A stretch of 64,000 nt of DNA, from positions 49,494,866 through 49,558,865 of the forward strand of contig NC_068984.1 in the NCBI RefSeq assembly GCF_001194135.2. The letters run 5' to 3'. The DNA is from Octopus bimaculoides (taxonomy: Eukaryota). Shown piece by piece: positions 23,996 through 38,506 of the stretch. How positions within the stretch are numbered: position 1 is the first letter of the stretch; every line of letters starts with the position of its first letter. Under the pieces are notes generated by a model. The model made no database searches, was not told the origin of the DNA, and worked only from the letters and a program-made list of their open reading frames with translations. The position numbers and the translations under genes are program-made.

Positions 23996-25354
23996 GAGGA
24001 TTTATTCTTATCTTTGGATACCTAAGAATTGCAACCCCTCTGACCATGCCAGCTTTCATATTTTTACATTCACTTCCAATAACTCATAACTGATAAAGAT
24101 AACTATTAATAACCATCTTCTCCAACACCTTGAATCCCTCTCCTTCCACGATAGCCACCAGTATGACTGTTGTAAAACCACACCTAATAGAGAGCTATTC
24201 TTCTATGTTTCTCATTGTGAATCTCGAGAAATTTGGTGTAAATGATATTGTTGCACTTAACAACAGCAAAACAGTCAATTATTTTTGGGGTGTGAATCTA
24301 TGACAGCACTACCTGCTTGTGAACTCCATTGTCTTTTGAATTGGTGACTTCTTGTCAGGTCATACCACCACAATATGCACTGATAGAACTATCTTTGTCC
24401 CATAAGTTATCGATTATGATGTGCTCTAAGGTTTGATTTTGTCTAAAACACTCTTCCTTGTATACATCAAAAATATACTCACCATCACCTCCAACAATGC
24501 CCACTCCTATGCAGACAATATCACCCTCTATTCCATCCAACTTTCAACACTCAAGTATCATCTACATGCAATCTAGGCACCTCATACCAAACCTGCACTG
24601 ATTCCTTGAATAGACCTTGAAAGCATACTCCAGTAAGTCATGCAAGTCTTGCTTCCTTTAACAATACAAAGGCAATTACTACAGTTAACAAGGAAACAGC
24701 ATTATACCCCACCTCTGAAACATGATCCTCTTCATGATTGTTATAAATGCTAAGACTTACAATTACCAAGCATCTTTCCTGACAAATGCACATAATCTAC
24801 ATGGTAAAGACGTCTTCACAAATATTGGCATTCTTTTTCAGAGCCAAATAACACTTCAGACCCCAATCAATTACTAAATCTCCACAAATCTCAAATGAGA
24901 TTCACAATAGACTACTGCTTCCACATCAGTCACTGTGATGTTCCTTTACTCACAGATATCCTAAACCGCATTCAGTTGTTTGGTATAGAGTTACTTACCG
25001 ACACACTCCAACTTCTGGTCAACAGACATACTGCCACTTTTCTCTGCTATATTAGAGGTAGCACTAATACATAGTTTGCTCTTCAGGATTATTAATCTCT
25101 CCACTTCTCATCACCTATTGGGTTGTATATCCTCCTTCCCTCTCTCTAGGGCTTACACTAACCATAATGTTCTGCCCTTGCTTCCCAGAATGCTGGTCTT
25201 CTGGAATTCCTATCCTGCATGTGTTTCTCTTGCATGTTAATCTCATCCATCTTGAAGGGATTGTGAAAGTCATGAAGACATTCCTAAAAATTCTGTCAAC
25301 CTTTAAATGAAATCAAAAATGTATAAGATATAAAAGGCCAACTAAGTTTGAAAA

Positions 25355-25582
25355 TTAACCCTTTTGATACCATATTTCTGTTGAAATTCACTGTATTTGC
25401 TTCAATAAATTTGAAAATAATAAAAGGTTTAGAAAATCATTTTGACATTGTTGAATTGGTGTTGAGGCATACTTTGATATGAAATTTTTGATGGAAGAGT
25501 TTAATTTACAACACTTTAAAACAGGAAACTGGTATCATTGACTTAGGGAAAATCTCAGCTGATTTGGTATCAAAAGAATGAA
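25355..25582. mobile_element. piggyBac-like MITE
   Basis: TTAA-CCCTTTTGATACC ... GGTATCAAAAGAA-TGAA. Confidence 0.65.
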
Positions 25583-25604
25583 GGAAATATGTTTCTTTGT
25601 AAAA

Positions 25605-26005
25605 GCACGTGTGGTAAGTAGCTTGCTTACCAACCACATGGTTCTGGGTTCTGTCCCACTGTGTGGCATCTTGGGCAAGTGTCTTCTACTATAGCCTCGG
25701 GCCGACCAAAGCCTTGTGAGTGGATTTGGTAGACGGAAACTGAAAGAAGCCTGTAGTATATATATGTATGTATATATGTATGTGTGTATATGTTTGTGTG
25801 TCTGTGTTTGTCCCCCCAACTTTGCTTGACAACCGAGGCTGGTGTGTTTACGTCCCCGTAACTTAGCGGTTCGGCAAAAAGAGACCGACAGAATAAGTAC
25901 TAGGCTTACAAAGAATAAGTCCTGAGGTCGATTTGCTCGACTAAAAGGCGGTGCCCCAGCATGGCCACAGTCAAATGACTGAAACAAGTAAAAGAGTAAA
26001 AAGAG
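25605..26005 (+). mobile_element. SINE family A, near full length and young
   Basis: GTGGTAAGTAGCTTGCTTACCAACCACATGGTTCTGGGTTC head; CpGs retained; AAGAGT tail. Confidence 0.9.
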
Positions 26006-29000
26006 AGAGTAAAGAGTATAATATAGGAGCATATTTCTGAAAAGATTGATGAATTTACCAAAGATTAACTTCACATTAGCATGTCATTTCAAAACTTTGA
26101 AAAATTATCTTATTAAGAAATATTCAACTTCAGATGTACTAAAAAATATATTTCCTGCAAATTTTAGCTAATATCATTAAAAAATCGTGAACAAAACTTG
26201 AATAATAATACTTGCTAAGTGCTTCAAAGGTGTTACTAATATAGATACACCTATAAATTTTTTTACACTTCAATACCTGGCAAAAGTTTTCAATATGGAC
26301 TTAATACTCATCATCTATATTATACTGCAATGAGAGCTGTCAATATAAAACTTATCAAAGGCATACTGTATTTGCTGACATCTCATAAACAGTAAAATTG
26401 CTCAACTATTTTCACCTAAATCATCACTGATAATTACAAAATAATTAGGCAGTTTTTTGATAGATTATTAAAACAGTTTCTTGGATAAGTACTTTCTTTC
26501 AGCAAGCTACTGGCAGTAAATAAAGTTAGATGGTAATTAAAATATTGAAGAAGGAAAACTAATTCCCTGTAATCTGGCAGTAAAAATAATTGACACTTTT
26601 TTTTTCTTTTTAGAGTAATGACAAGATTAGGATTAAAATGGTAATTGGAATGCAATAAACTATTTATTTGAGAAAACAGGTAACATAGTTTACAGGGCAG
26701 AATATAAAGATATGCCTTAGTGCCATGTTTCTTAATTTGGTCTCAGTAACTTCCTAGAATATCATTAGTTATGTGCATAGTTATTTCAACTTTATCAGAC
26801 TCAGAATATTACTCAATGAAAAGCCTTGAACATTAATGAAATAAAATACACATTAAGAGTTAAAAAAGAAAATTGTTTAGTTATTTGCCGTTGTAGGTTC
26901 TTTAAAATTGTTGAAGATTTTCATAGAATTTTAAGAGTTTATTTTTTTATTTTCATTTTTAGAAATTTGATTGGTTTCGTTGTAATTGTAATGCAATTCA
27001 TTTTGTCTTAGTCTTAGTTCCTCTTATACAGTTGGCCTGTACATTGAATAACAAGACATCTCCAATAATATGGCAAACTAAATGATCTGTAAAACAAATT
27101 TATATACTCACATCAGTGATAGGTTGAGATAGATTTGAATATATTTCAAGAAAAGATTTAAATATATAAATATATTCTGAGCAAAAATAACGTATATATT
27201 TAACTAGAACAAATATATTATTTCATCAGCTTGATTTTATTTACATTTATACATTTATTGTTCACATAACACACTCTTTCAAAATGTTCTGAACATCCCA
27301 TGCTAACAGAGAAAAATAAACATAATAAACGATGATGATGACAATACTTTCATTGTAATCAAGCTCTTTGTTCAGTCTACTTCAGGTTAATTTATTGAGA
27401 ATATTTGTCTATTTATTTATATAAAGGTTTCCTTCTTTATTTTTCTCTGATCAGAATTACTTTAAATTAGACTTCTGAGCATTCCTAGTTCTTCAATCTA
27501 TGGGTAGCCTTAGTATTTGCTTCAGGAGAAAAGCAGGATATTTAAATCATAAGGAATAACAGGAGATACCACACATTTCAAATTTTAAATCCTGCATTTT
27601 GAAATTTACATACAATATTCTTTATCAAAATGATTTTATTGTAATATTATTTCTTTGCTGTTTTACAGTTTTTTTCTATTCTTGAATATATATATTAAGA
27701 TACATATAGATCNNNNNNNNNNATTCATTTATTTAAATTTGAAAAAATTGAATAAATATCTAAAATATTTTTTGGCTTTGATTTTTGAAAAACTTTCTAT
27801 AATCTAAACTATATAAATGTTTGAAGAGTATTGTTTCATAGTTAATTAGAAAAACACATTTAGTACATGAAATTACACTAAATATGTTTAAAATTTTACA
27901 ATCTCATTAATGCACTTATACATTACGTTACATGCATGTATTCTCTTTATTATAATAGTTTTTACAGTACTTCTTAAATATTATATTATAAAATTTCCAA
28001 TTGAAGCAATTATAAATATTTTAAATAATTCTAATTTTTTAAGAAAAAGATAGATTATTACTTTCATTAAATTAAGATTACAAGTTTGAAATAAGCTCTT
28101 TCTACACTCAACACAAAATGATGGTGAGGCTTTGTTTAACAGAGAATGTTACAAAAAGATCTATGGAAAATAATCAAAATTAAATTTCTTTAATATAGAT
28201 TTGAGTGTTGAAGAGAGGGAATGATTAATAGGTTTGGTCATTTGAATTATACATTCACCATTTAACCTGTATCAAAAACTTTTAATTAAGCCTTTTGGTT
28301 GTAGCTATTTGCTATTTCTTTTTTCTAGACATTATTTGTTTTTCCATTATTATTATTGTTTATTATTTTTACAAATCAAATTTTTAGAACACTGTTTTTA
28401 ATTTCTTGTTGCATATGACTTGATTTTTAAAAGAGTCTTTATGTCTAAATTAATTTTAGAGAATGGTAATGCTACAACTGTGAATCTGTTTTGTGCCATA
28501 GCATTCGATTTATTTTGCTTTCTAAACACCGGTAATGTATTTGGGCTTGTTAGTTTCAATAGCTCTGGGAGGAGGGGTTCTCGATAAAGTCCAGACAAGG
28601 AAACTTTATATTTTCAGAGAGTTTATCTTTGACATAATTTGTTCCCTGCTTAAATCAAATTGCTGTTTTCAATTTTTGTATTATTTTGTTGTCAACTACT
28701 GTTAATTTGCAACTAAAATACCTCATACTGCTTTAGCTGACATAGATATACTGCAGATATAATATTGTTAGAATAAACTTTCCAAACAAACTACTATCTA
28801 CCTCTGACATCTCCTATCACAGTGTAGGTCAGACTAATATTTTTATTTTTTAATTTATTTTCATTTTTATTTCTTTTCTTTACTTTTCTACTCAGTTAAT
28901 AGTAATCCATTACACACATTTTTGACATTCATTTATCTCTTATAGTGTACCTTACAAGACTATGAACAGGAATTATTTTCACTTATTTTACGTTACATTT

Positions 29001-30489
29001 CATAAGGAAGTTAGAAAGATAGACTTTTGTTGTTTAACAAATTATACTTTCCATTTCTTAAATTTAAGTAATTAAGCATCTTTTATTTGTCTTTATTCTC
29101 AAATTTCCATAATTAATTTAGTGTGCATCTGCAAACTAAATGCACACTTGAGGAAATTAAATGCAAACCTAAAACAATCTTCTTGAATAAATTGTCCTCA
29201 GTGATAATAGAGACTCTTCAATTACAGAAATATTCATTTTCACTACCTAGAGTGTACCCTCATCTAATTTCCCACTTTCCCTTGGCAAGTTATATTTCTA
29301 TGAAAGAGAATTTCATGACACTCAGCAGTAATATCACTGTCTGGTCATTTCTTTTTGACCTAAGACTAGAAAATAGCTCTCTCCATTTATTCAAGTGAAA
29401 TGTAGCAGTTGGCTCCAAATTTTCAACAGCTGACATGTTAGTATCAAATTCCTTTAGTGACTGTTAACATTTTAAAACTGGCTCCTTTTCAATCTGTCTA
29501 AATCTTAACTATTTCCTTTCCCTCTATACCAGCTTTCTTTTGTCTCTGTACTCAATAGGTTTGTACTCACTGAAACCTTTTTTGCTATAATCAGATACCT
29601 ACCTTCTTTTTTAATTTTCTTTTCTTAACTTCATCATTATTAACTCATATTCTCACATCAAAACTCACTCCTCTAGTTATAAATTCTGTTCTTAAAACCC
29701 TAGATACTTACTGACTAGCAACTTCATAAGAATCTAATGCGTTGGTAGTAACGGGTGAAAACTTTATGGTAAAAAAAAAAAAATTAACATATCACTCTAA
29801 ATTCTCTTTTTCTTTTCTGAAAATATATTACCCTAAAAAATAGAATTGAGTAGTTATTATTTAATTACTGACATTTTGGGAGGTATGTGAACAAAAACTC
29901 ATAGATTGATTCATAAATCGTATAAATTATTTTGGTTTATTGTCTAAGATTTCTTTTTATCTGTCCTTTTATTACTTATTATTAGCACTGTTGTGTAGCT
30001 GAATAGTGGGCCATTGAATTCAATTCTGTCACATTTCATTTATCTCCAAGGACAGTGGATTGGCAGAATTATTAGAGTGTTAGACAAAATACTATGTATT
30101 TTTTCCAGTTCTTTGTATTCAGAGTTTGTCTGCTATGATACTGAGGACAAGCTGTGTTAACCCTTTTTTTTCTCTCAGACAACATCAAAGGCACAGAGAA
30201 GGGATACTTGCTGCATGAGTAACTGCTGGTCTTCCTTAAAAAAAATGCCTGGCCTGTGTCCTCTGAAACCTTTCAATCCTGACTACTAACAGAAGTTTTT
30301 CTGCTGCTGAGACAAATAAGATGGAATAAAAGATTAAATAATTTTTTAAGGATTTAGATTCTTTACAATGCTGATTGTGAAAATAATTTAGTAACAGTCA
30401 GAGTTGATAACTGAAAAGAAAAAATAATTTGCATAGCAAGTTGAAACTAGTGATACTGACTAAAAGAGAAAAATTTCCCTTGTGAATTT

Positions 30490-30700
30490 TCAGTGGATTA
30501 GAAGAATCACTAGTGTTGGACAAAATGCCTTGTGTATTTGCTCTGGCTCTTTAAATTCTAAGTTCAAACCCTGCTGAGGTCACTTTGTCTTTCATCCTTC
30601 CAGGATTGATAAAATAAAGTCCAGGGCAGTGTATTGGAAGAATTTTTAGAGCATTGGACAAAATGCCATGTGGTAACTCTTTACATTCTGAGTACACTGT
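30490..30700 (+). mobile_element. SINE family D heads (two diverged fragments)
   Basis: GGACAAAATGCC...AGTTCAAACCCTGCTGAGGTCACTTTGTCTTTCATCC. Confidence 0.6.
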
Positions 30701-31539
30701 GATTGCACTCTTTTTAAGCTGCACCAGCCCTTGCTCTTTCCTGAGACAATATTGATGGTATGGAGAAGGGAGATTTGCATGAGCAACTGTTAGTCTTCAT
30801 ACAAAAAACCTAGCCCAGACCTCTAGAGAGGAACTTTTAGGTGCAGATACATCATCAACCTTGACTAATGGTAGCTTTAGATTCCTCTCCAAACCATTTT
30901 TTAACTATAGTCAAAGCAGATAAAATAGCTTTTATTTGTTTTTATCCAGAATATAATATAAATATTACTTGTGGCATGTCTCAGAAATAAATCACACCCT
31001 GTAGTCCATTATATACCTACAAAGACAGGATACTCATTGCTCCTAGATGGAATACCTTTGATTGTAAATCTACCTAAGTTTTTTAACTTAGATTCTGTTC
31101 AAAGAACTTCATTTAACCCTCCCCTTATTTTGCATCCATAGGGTTATAAAGACTATTGATATTTTTTTAGAACCATGTCACAAACTTTTTTTTTTTTTGC
31201 TGAATCCAGTCTTTATGTCTAAAATGTTTTATGGTAATTGCTGCACAAGCAAACAAGGTAATTTCTGTTGATTGGCATAGTAACTCCAGTACTTTAAAAG
31301 TAATATTATTTCAATAAGGACAATCTATAATTGAAAGCATTATCTATTTTCATAATTTTGAGAATTCTATTTACAAGTTCAGTATGTCTCTGGTGGTCTT
31401 TTCTGGAATTTTTAGGCAGAAATCATTGTCGATTTCTAATGATTCTCACTAAAAGTAAATCTACCATTACATCAAGTGAAGTTAGAACAGTCTCCAACAT
31501 TTCAGAATGGAAAACATGACAAGCATGTAACTGAATGAT

Positions 31540-31795
31540 TCATCATCATCATCGTTTAACGTCTGCTTTCCATGCTGGCATGGGTTGGACAGTTTGACTG
31601 GGGATTGACAAGCCAGGAGGCAATGTTTCTACAGCTGGATGCCTTTCCTAATGCCAACCACTCTGAGAGTGTAGTGGGTACTTTTTTCATGCCACAGGCA
31701 CAGGAGCCAGTCAGGTAGCACTAGCATCTGCCACATTCGGATGGTGCTCTTTACGTGCCACCAGCACATAAACCAGTCAGGCGGTACTGGCAAGG
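31540..31795 (-). mobile_element. SINE-like family B
   Basis: (CAT)n tail plus core and tandem units. Confidence 0.85.
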
Positions 31796-32152
31796 GTTAA
31801 AATGTATATTCTGTTCTGTCCCCAACCTCTCTTTCTAATTCTGTATCAAATGAATGATCAAAAACAAAATAAAAACAACAAAAACAGAACAGCACAAACA
31901 AAAAGAAAAGTTTACATTATTTGCTATAAAACCACCTTTCCTCTCAACTAAAACCCCACGCAACCAAGGGTTTTTTTCCTTGTCTTATTTGGTGACTTGA
32001 TTAATGTTGGCATCAGAAAAAAAGGACCAAGCTCTTTCTGTAAAGTGGTTGGAGTTTGCTAGTTGATATTGCAGAAGGGAGGGAAAGAGTAAGGAATGCA
32101 CAGTGCTGACTAGAAAGGAAGAAAGGATAAAGATGGCATCGTCTTTGCTCAC

Positions 32153-32310
32153 CATACAAATAGAACAGAGTGGTGACATTTAGTAGAGATGACCCAGAAG
32201 TTGTTCCTCTTTGATTACTATTGCAAACAGCAGTAGCTTTCTTCAACCGAATACACGTCATTGATTGGTTGAAATTACCCAAATATGACAACTGTAACAT
32301 GAAATCACTT
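32153..32310 (-). CDS. Candidate 158-nt exon (SDFMLQLSYLGNFNQSMTCIRLKKATAVCNSNQRGTTSGSSLLNVTTLFYLY)
   Basis: Acceptor tttcatattttag, donor ATG|GTGAGC; 52 open codons, phase 2 to 1. Confidence 0.4.
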
Positions 32311-33675
32311 CTAAAATATGAAATTTTGTTAAGAACATTCAAAGTAAACCGTGTTCTACATGAGAAATTCTACCAGTATTCAAAGTTTCAAACTGCTTAT
32401 ATGAAAATTTTGTTCTAGTGATATCAGAGATATCTGTTCTCCAACATATATATATATATTTATATTCTAATGTTTTTATGAGAAAAAGGACAGCCTTTCA
32501 CAACATTCAAGGATCTTCTGTAAACACTTACATAACTGTTCCACTGATTCAAAATAGTCTGAATTGAATCATAAGATTTGTAGGTGTTTGCTATAACAAA
32601 TATCATTCTGAATATTTTCTAAGTGATAAATAAATTTTAAAGATAAAATATTTGATAAATGAATAAAATTTCTCATAAATTGAAAAAATAAGGGTTTGAA
32701 GATTGCCTACTGATAGCTACAAAATACAAGAATCTTTGGAGACTAGCTAGAAATCTAAGCAACTAACTTACTTTGCTTAAAGGAAAGTCACAATTAGCTA
32801 GACATTCATAAATATTGAAAGAGGAATTCAATATGTTGAAACAAATATCATTGTGTTAGCAGTTTAGACACTATTTTTCAGCACTTGGGAAGTGAAAGTT
32901 ACCAATAAATGTCATTATGAATAATCGTTTAACTTCATAAAGATGATTGGTTGTAAAATATTCAATTTATAAGATTTGGCAAATGAAGATAGTGCAAATA
33001 GTATGTTGCTGATTAAGGCAAGGATGGCTGTCATATTAGATTGTTGTTGACTTCTGAAATAACAGGACATTGCACAAGGAAGATAACTGCTACAACTACA
33101 ACTAATGCATAACAGAGTTGGTCATTATGCTGAAATGTAATCTACAAAGAACATATTGTTACTGAGCATCAAAATCTTTGTAAACTGCAAGAGACTATTA
33201 TATAAAACAAGTTCTGTTGTTGACTGTCTTCTTTTTATCACTTAATAAAGTGATTGCATTTCATAAGTGAAGCTTTTGATTAAATAAAAGCAAATACTGA
33301 GGAAAGTGGTGGTGATTTGCATTAGCAAAAGATGAACTGTAAAAATTTATGAATCAGAAGACAGGCAAGTCCTCAAATCTCAGCATACAAGCTTCAGATT
33401 AGTGCTTGAAACTCTCTTTGTCAAGAATGCCTTAAGTGTTGCTCATACTCTTAACTTCTTGTATATTGATAGTTTTACTACTGACCATTTTACCTGCAAC
33501 AATTCACAATAAAATTGCTTTTTCCTCTTCGGATCCCACAGTACTTTAGGTGTCAGTAGTAAATCCTTCCAGTGTACTAGTATAATCTAATGATGAATAA
33601 TTTCCTCATTAATGTCTTAGTGCATCTTATCTGCTAGTGGGCTATACATAGTTAAAGGAAATCTAGATGATAGAC

Positions 33676-34052
33676 ACAGGTGTGGTTGAGTGGTAAGAGG
33701 TTTGCTTCCTAACCACATGGTTTCAGGTTCAGTCCCACTTCATGGCACCTTGGGCAAGTGTCTTCTACTATAGCCTCAGTCTGACAAAGCTTTGTGAGTG
33801 GATTTGTTTGACGGAAATTGAAAGAAGCCCATTGTGTGTGTGTGTGTGTGTATCTGTGTTTGTCCCCTTCCACTGCTTGACAACCAATGTTGGTGAGTTA
33901 GCAGTTCAACAAAAGAGACCAATAGAATAAGTACCAGGCTTTAACAAAAAATAAGTACTGGGGTCAATTCATTGAAATGAAAAAAATTGTTTAAGGTGGT
34001 GCCCCAGCATGTCTGCAGCCTAATGACTGAAACAAGTAAAAGATAAAAGTAA
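33676..34052 (+). mobile_element. SINE family A
   Basis: A/B-box head, core, (TG)n, TAAAAGA tail. Confidence 0.88.
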
Positions 34053-35626
34053 AGATAAACAACCTCCATATTTTAACTCAATACCCAGCTGCAGTCTCTT
34101 TGCTTATTTTGCCATTACTATAAATACTTTTACTTTTTTCTATATTACACAGCAGTTGCACTCCCATTAAAAGAATGTCTTTCACTTATGTGTGTGTATT
34201 TCAGTGTTTGTAAAGATTTTAGAATGATCATTTTGACCATTTTTTATCTGAATTTATTTGTATTTTTACATTATAGTAACCAAACTGCAATAAATATCTG
34301 TCTATGATTGTATGCATAGCTCTTTTGTAAATGAAAGAATTAGACAGTTGAGAAAAATATATACTTTCTTCATCCTTTTGGCATCTTACCAACTATAATA
34401 TATATTTGTAGTACATCAATTTTAGATGTACTTATTTCTCTTGAGACATATGTTCTCAGTACACTTTAAATATTAATTCCTTGTAAACAAATGAAGTTTG
34501 TTATCACTTAATAAGTTATTCTTTAGGATGTTTTTAAAAACATGAATATTTATGATATTTATTCTTGAAATAATTATATTTTTCATGTCTATGTTCAAAA
34601 AGCAATGAAAACCTTTCAATATCAAAAAATATGTATCTACCCTCATTCTTCTTGCATTTCTCAGAAAATTCCGAGTTTTAACTTAAATTAGTAGTTTTTT
34701 TAATGAAATATATTGCGTATATATACAATATATATAATGGCATCACAGTTAATGATTTTAACTATATGTATCAACTGCTATAATCAAAATGAGAAAAATT
34801 AAAGCTATAGTAAAAATAAAGTAAATACATCCTTGATGATAAATATTCCAGTTGTTTGATCAACAGAATTGTCTATTCACAGAATGTTAATGTACGTGGC
34901 TGAGTATTCCAGCGATACTTAACACTCAGACATAATCAGCATAACAGTTGTGATAATATTATCCTTTTAAATTATTGTTGCAGTCCATTCAATAGGCCTC
35001 CATACAGTTTCCATGTATCAATTTCAATCATCAGGCTTGGATTAACTTGATACCTCTTTTACTTGAATTATTGAAATGATTTCTTTAATTGTGAAATTAA
35101 GGTAGTTTTTAGAGAATACAAAGTATATAAGTGATAACTTGATGTTAACCAAGGTGACCCTAGTAGCACAGTTGTAGTTAATAAGAAGTTTTTAAAATTA
35201 TACTTTCACATTTACTGTATCTTTCTTTTTACAAATTTAAACTCAATTTTCTATATTTCTGGGAAATATTAATCAGTGTGCAGTAAACTAAATATACAAT
35301 GTATATGCTATTGTTATTAAGTTTACTTAGTTTTTGCACATTTTTAAAGAATGAAATTCACAACACACTTCCAAATATTAGTTAGAAACTCTTTCACTTC
35401 TCTCACTCATTGAATATAGTACCTCATCCAGCATGTACATTCATATATTGTTAGTTTTATTTTAAATTTATTTTATTAAGTTGATATAAAAATGAATTAA
35501 CATTAGTTTTAGTCTATTTAATTCAGAACTATGATTTGACAACTTTTTGATGTCAGTATTTCTCCTGATTTTTACAAAAATATTTCTTAAATTGTGATGG
35601 CAAACCAGCATAAATATATATATATG

Positions 35627-35666
<40 letters not shown>

Positions 35667-35996
35667 NNNNNNNNNNNNNNNNNNNNNNNNNNNNNNNNNN
35701 NNNNNNNNNNNNNNNNNNNNNNNNNNNNNNNNNNNNNNNNNNNNNNNNNNNNNNNNNNNNNNNNNNNNNNNNNNNNNNNNNNNNNNNNNNNNNNNNNNNN
35801 NNNNNNNNNNNNNNNNNNNNNNNNNNNNNNNNNNNNNNNNNNNNNNNNNNNNNNNNNNNNNNNNNNNNNNNNNNNNNNNNNNNNNNNNNNNNNNNNNNNN
35901 NNNNNNNNNNNNNNNNNNNNNNNNNNNNNNNNNNNNNNNNNNNNNNNNNNNNNNNNNNNNNNNNNNNNNNNNNNNNNNATATATATATATATATAT

Positions 35997-36262
35997 CATT
36001 GTCGTTGTCATCATTTAACATCTGCTTGCCATGCTGGTATGGGTTGGGCAGTTTGACTGCAGACAATCTGATTTGGCAAGCTTTCTGCAGCTGGATGCCC
36101 TTCCTAACCCCAGCCACTCTGAGAGTGTAGTGTGTGCGTTTTACATGCTACTAGTGCTGGAGCCAGTCAGGCAGCACTGGCATTCATCACACTCAAATGG
36201 TGCTTTTAACTTGCCACCAGCACGAGTACCAGTCAGGCAGCACTGGCATCGGCCATGCTCAA
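35997..36262 (-). mobile_element. SINE-like family B
   Basis: Same core and tandem units. Confidence 0.85.
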
Positions 36263-36629
36263 ATATATGTATATGTCATACAGGTGTCACTCATGTTACT
36301 GTCATCCCAGGTTATGCCATTTCATTTTGGGATATGGTCTGTGTTTTACCCTTGTGGAAACTTGGATAGATTTTAAGAATTTCTACTTTTTTCTTCGCCT
36401 AAAGGTTGTTTCTCAGTATTTCTTCTAAGATCATTGTAGCTAACAATTAAAAACATTGTAATCATAATATATGTGTGAGTGTGAGCGACTAACTGTTTGT
36501 GTAAGTGTCACTATAAGCACTTATGAAATATGAAGTGATTATTTCGCTAGAAATATTTGTGTGTGTGTTTGTGTATATTTTTTGAATATCAATAAGTATT
36601 TATCTATCTCACCAAATCATTTTTCTTAT

Positions 36630-37030
36630 TATCATCAAGATCACTATAATCAACATGAACACAGCAACCATCACAGATAGCCAATACAATCACTGCCATC
36701 ACCAACCAACAACTACTTAGAGACAACAACAATAGTATGAACATACTAAGAACTCAAATAAAAGTCAATCATAAAATAATGTGCTGTCTTAGTGTATTTT
36801 AAGAGTTAGATGAAATACCTTTAATCTTAGGTCAACGAGGTTTGATTTGTAACTAAGCAAGAACAACAATACCATTAACAAGAATAATATGACCATAACC
36901 AATAACAACACTACTACATACTATCACCATCACCATCACCAACATCAAAACCCATAAGATCAACAACACTGCTCTTAATAACCTACCAACTTCTGAATGA
37001 GCAACTAGTAACAATAGTAATAGTATCAGC
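36630..37030. repeat. Degenerate (ACC/AAC/ATC)n low-complexity tract
   Basis: caccatcaccatcaccaacatca / aacaacaac runs. Confidence 0.7.
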
Positions 37031-37269
37031 TTGATAGTAATGTCTGTAACTACATATACTGTATGTCAGCGCAATAGCGTGTGTGTGTATTTATGACTCA
37101 AGTCAGAAGTGCAAGGGGCGAAGTGCACATGAACCTGGTAACCCATCTACTAACTGTAATATTATACAATATTTTTCTCCATCACCTTCTTACTCTTTCA
37201 TCACATTTCTCATGAAGCAGTTCTTTCCCGGTGCTATTTTGTCACTAAGTATTTACAATGGATAATTGC

Positions 37270-37520
37270 TGATCACAGCTGCAATTGAATATACCTACAA
37301 TTCATAATGTCTGGACAGAAACCACCAAATGGATCAGAAGGAAGTAGTTTGAAAAAAAGAAACTATAAACAAAACACAGGTTATTAAAATTGATGTTTTA
37401 AAAGGACTTATGTTGGAAAAGAAATCAGCCACATTTTCAAAATATTCATGCTTGTGATGTCTATAGTGAGAACAGTATGTGACAACAGAGAGAAACTTAA
37501 GCCAAGTGCTCAAGATGTTA
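37270..37520 (+). mobile_element. Possible Tigger/pogo transposase N-terminal fragment
   Basis: Broken frame with RTVCDNREKLKPSAQDVTLL resembling the CENP-B-type HTH region. Confidence 0.4.
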
Positions 37521-38291
37521 CTCTGTTAACTGTTAGTATCTTATTGTTTTTCATAAATTTGATGTGATGCTTAAAATGGGACATGGATGTATGGATCAAG
37601 GATCAACTCCATGCAATGTACCAATAAACATAATGATAAATAAAAATGGCCAAAAGCTTGTATGTTGATTTTCTGACTAGTTAAGGCTGATTTAAAGACT
37701 TGAATTTGTACAAACAAAAAATGTCTTGGGTAAGATATACATAGATTAGTTTTTTCAAACTTAATGCAAAGATTTGAGCTTAGCACAGCAAAGTAATAAA
37801 ACATTTGTTAGGTTTACAGTCTCCTTACCCATCTCTACCTTTCTTTCTCCCCTACTCTTCTCTTTTTCTTTGGTGAGAGAGAGAGAAGCTCTCTGTGTTT
37901 GCTAGAACTAGGAATCAAATTTATTTTGAATCAAATGTTATCATCTTTAAAACAAAAGATATGGTGAATAATATGCCTGTAAAAAAAGGATGATCACAGC
38001 TGAAGGGCTAATTATAGGTCTACTGAATCAGGGCTAACATCAGGGTTAAACAACAAATCAATCCTATGAAATACTCTTTATTAAACATCTTGGTATATAT
38101 ATGATTTTAATAAAGCTAAATATAACTCAGTTTCTCCTAACTCTTCCAACTTAATTTATTTCATCATTAACTCTTAATATCCGTATGGCATAAATCCACC
38201 CAGCAGGTGGATCAGTCTTTTCTCTACTGTCTGAATCAAAATCCTCATTCATATTTAAGGAAGTTAACTCCATAGTCTAAGGGAGAAAACT

Positions 38292-38506
38292 TTAACCCTT
38301 TCGATACCAACCCGGCTGAAACCACCTTTGGTTCTGTAGTACAAATGTCTTGTTTTCATAAGTTTTGAATTAAAATCTTTCACCAAACCTTACTTACAAT
38401 TTATGTTCCTAATGATAACTAAGTTATTTTACTAAATTCTTTGTTATATTTAAAATCAAAAGAACTACAGAGCATCTCAAAATAAATGCAGTAACAAAAG
38501 GGTTAA
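38292..38506. mobile_element. piggyBac-like MITE
   Basis: TTAA-CCCTTTCGATACC ... GTAACAAAAGGG-TTAA; intact TTAA duplication. Confidence 0.8.

Noticed and set aside
28398-28598. 66-aa minus ORF in a locally GC/CpG-richer patch
   Set aside because: Splice signals are poor and several frames on both strands are equally plausible; no call is supportable.
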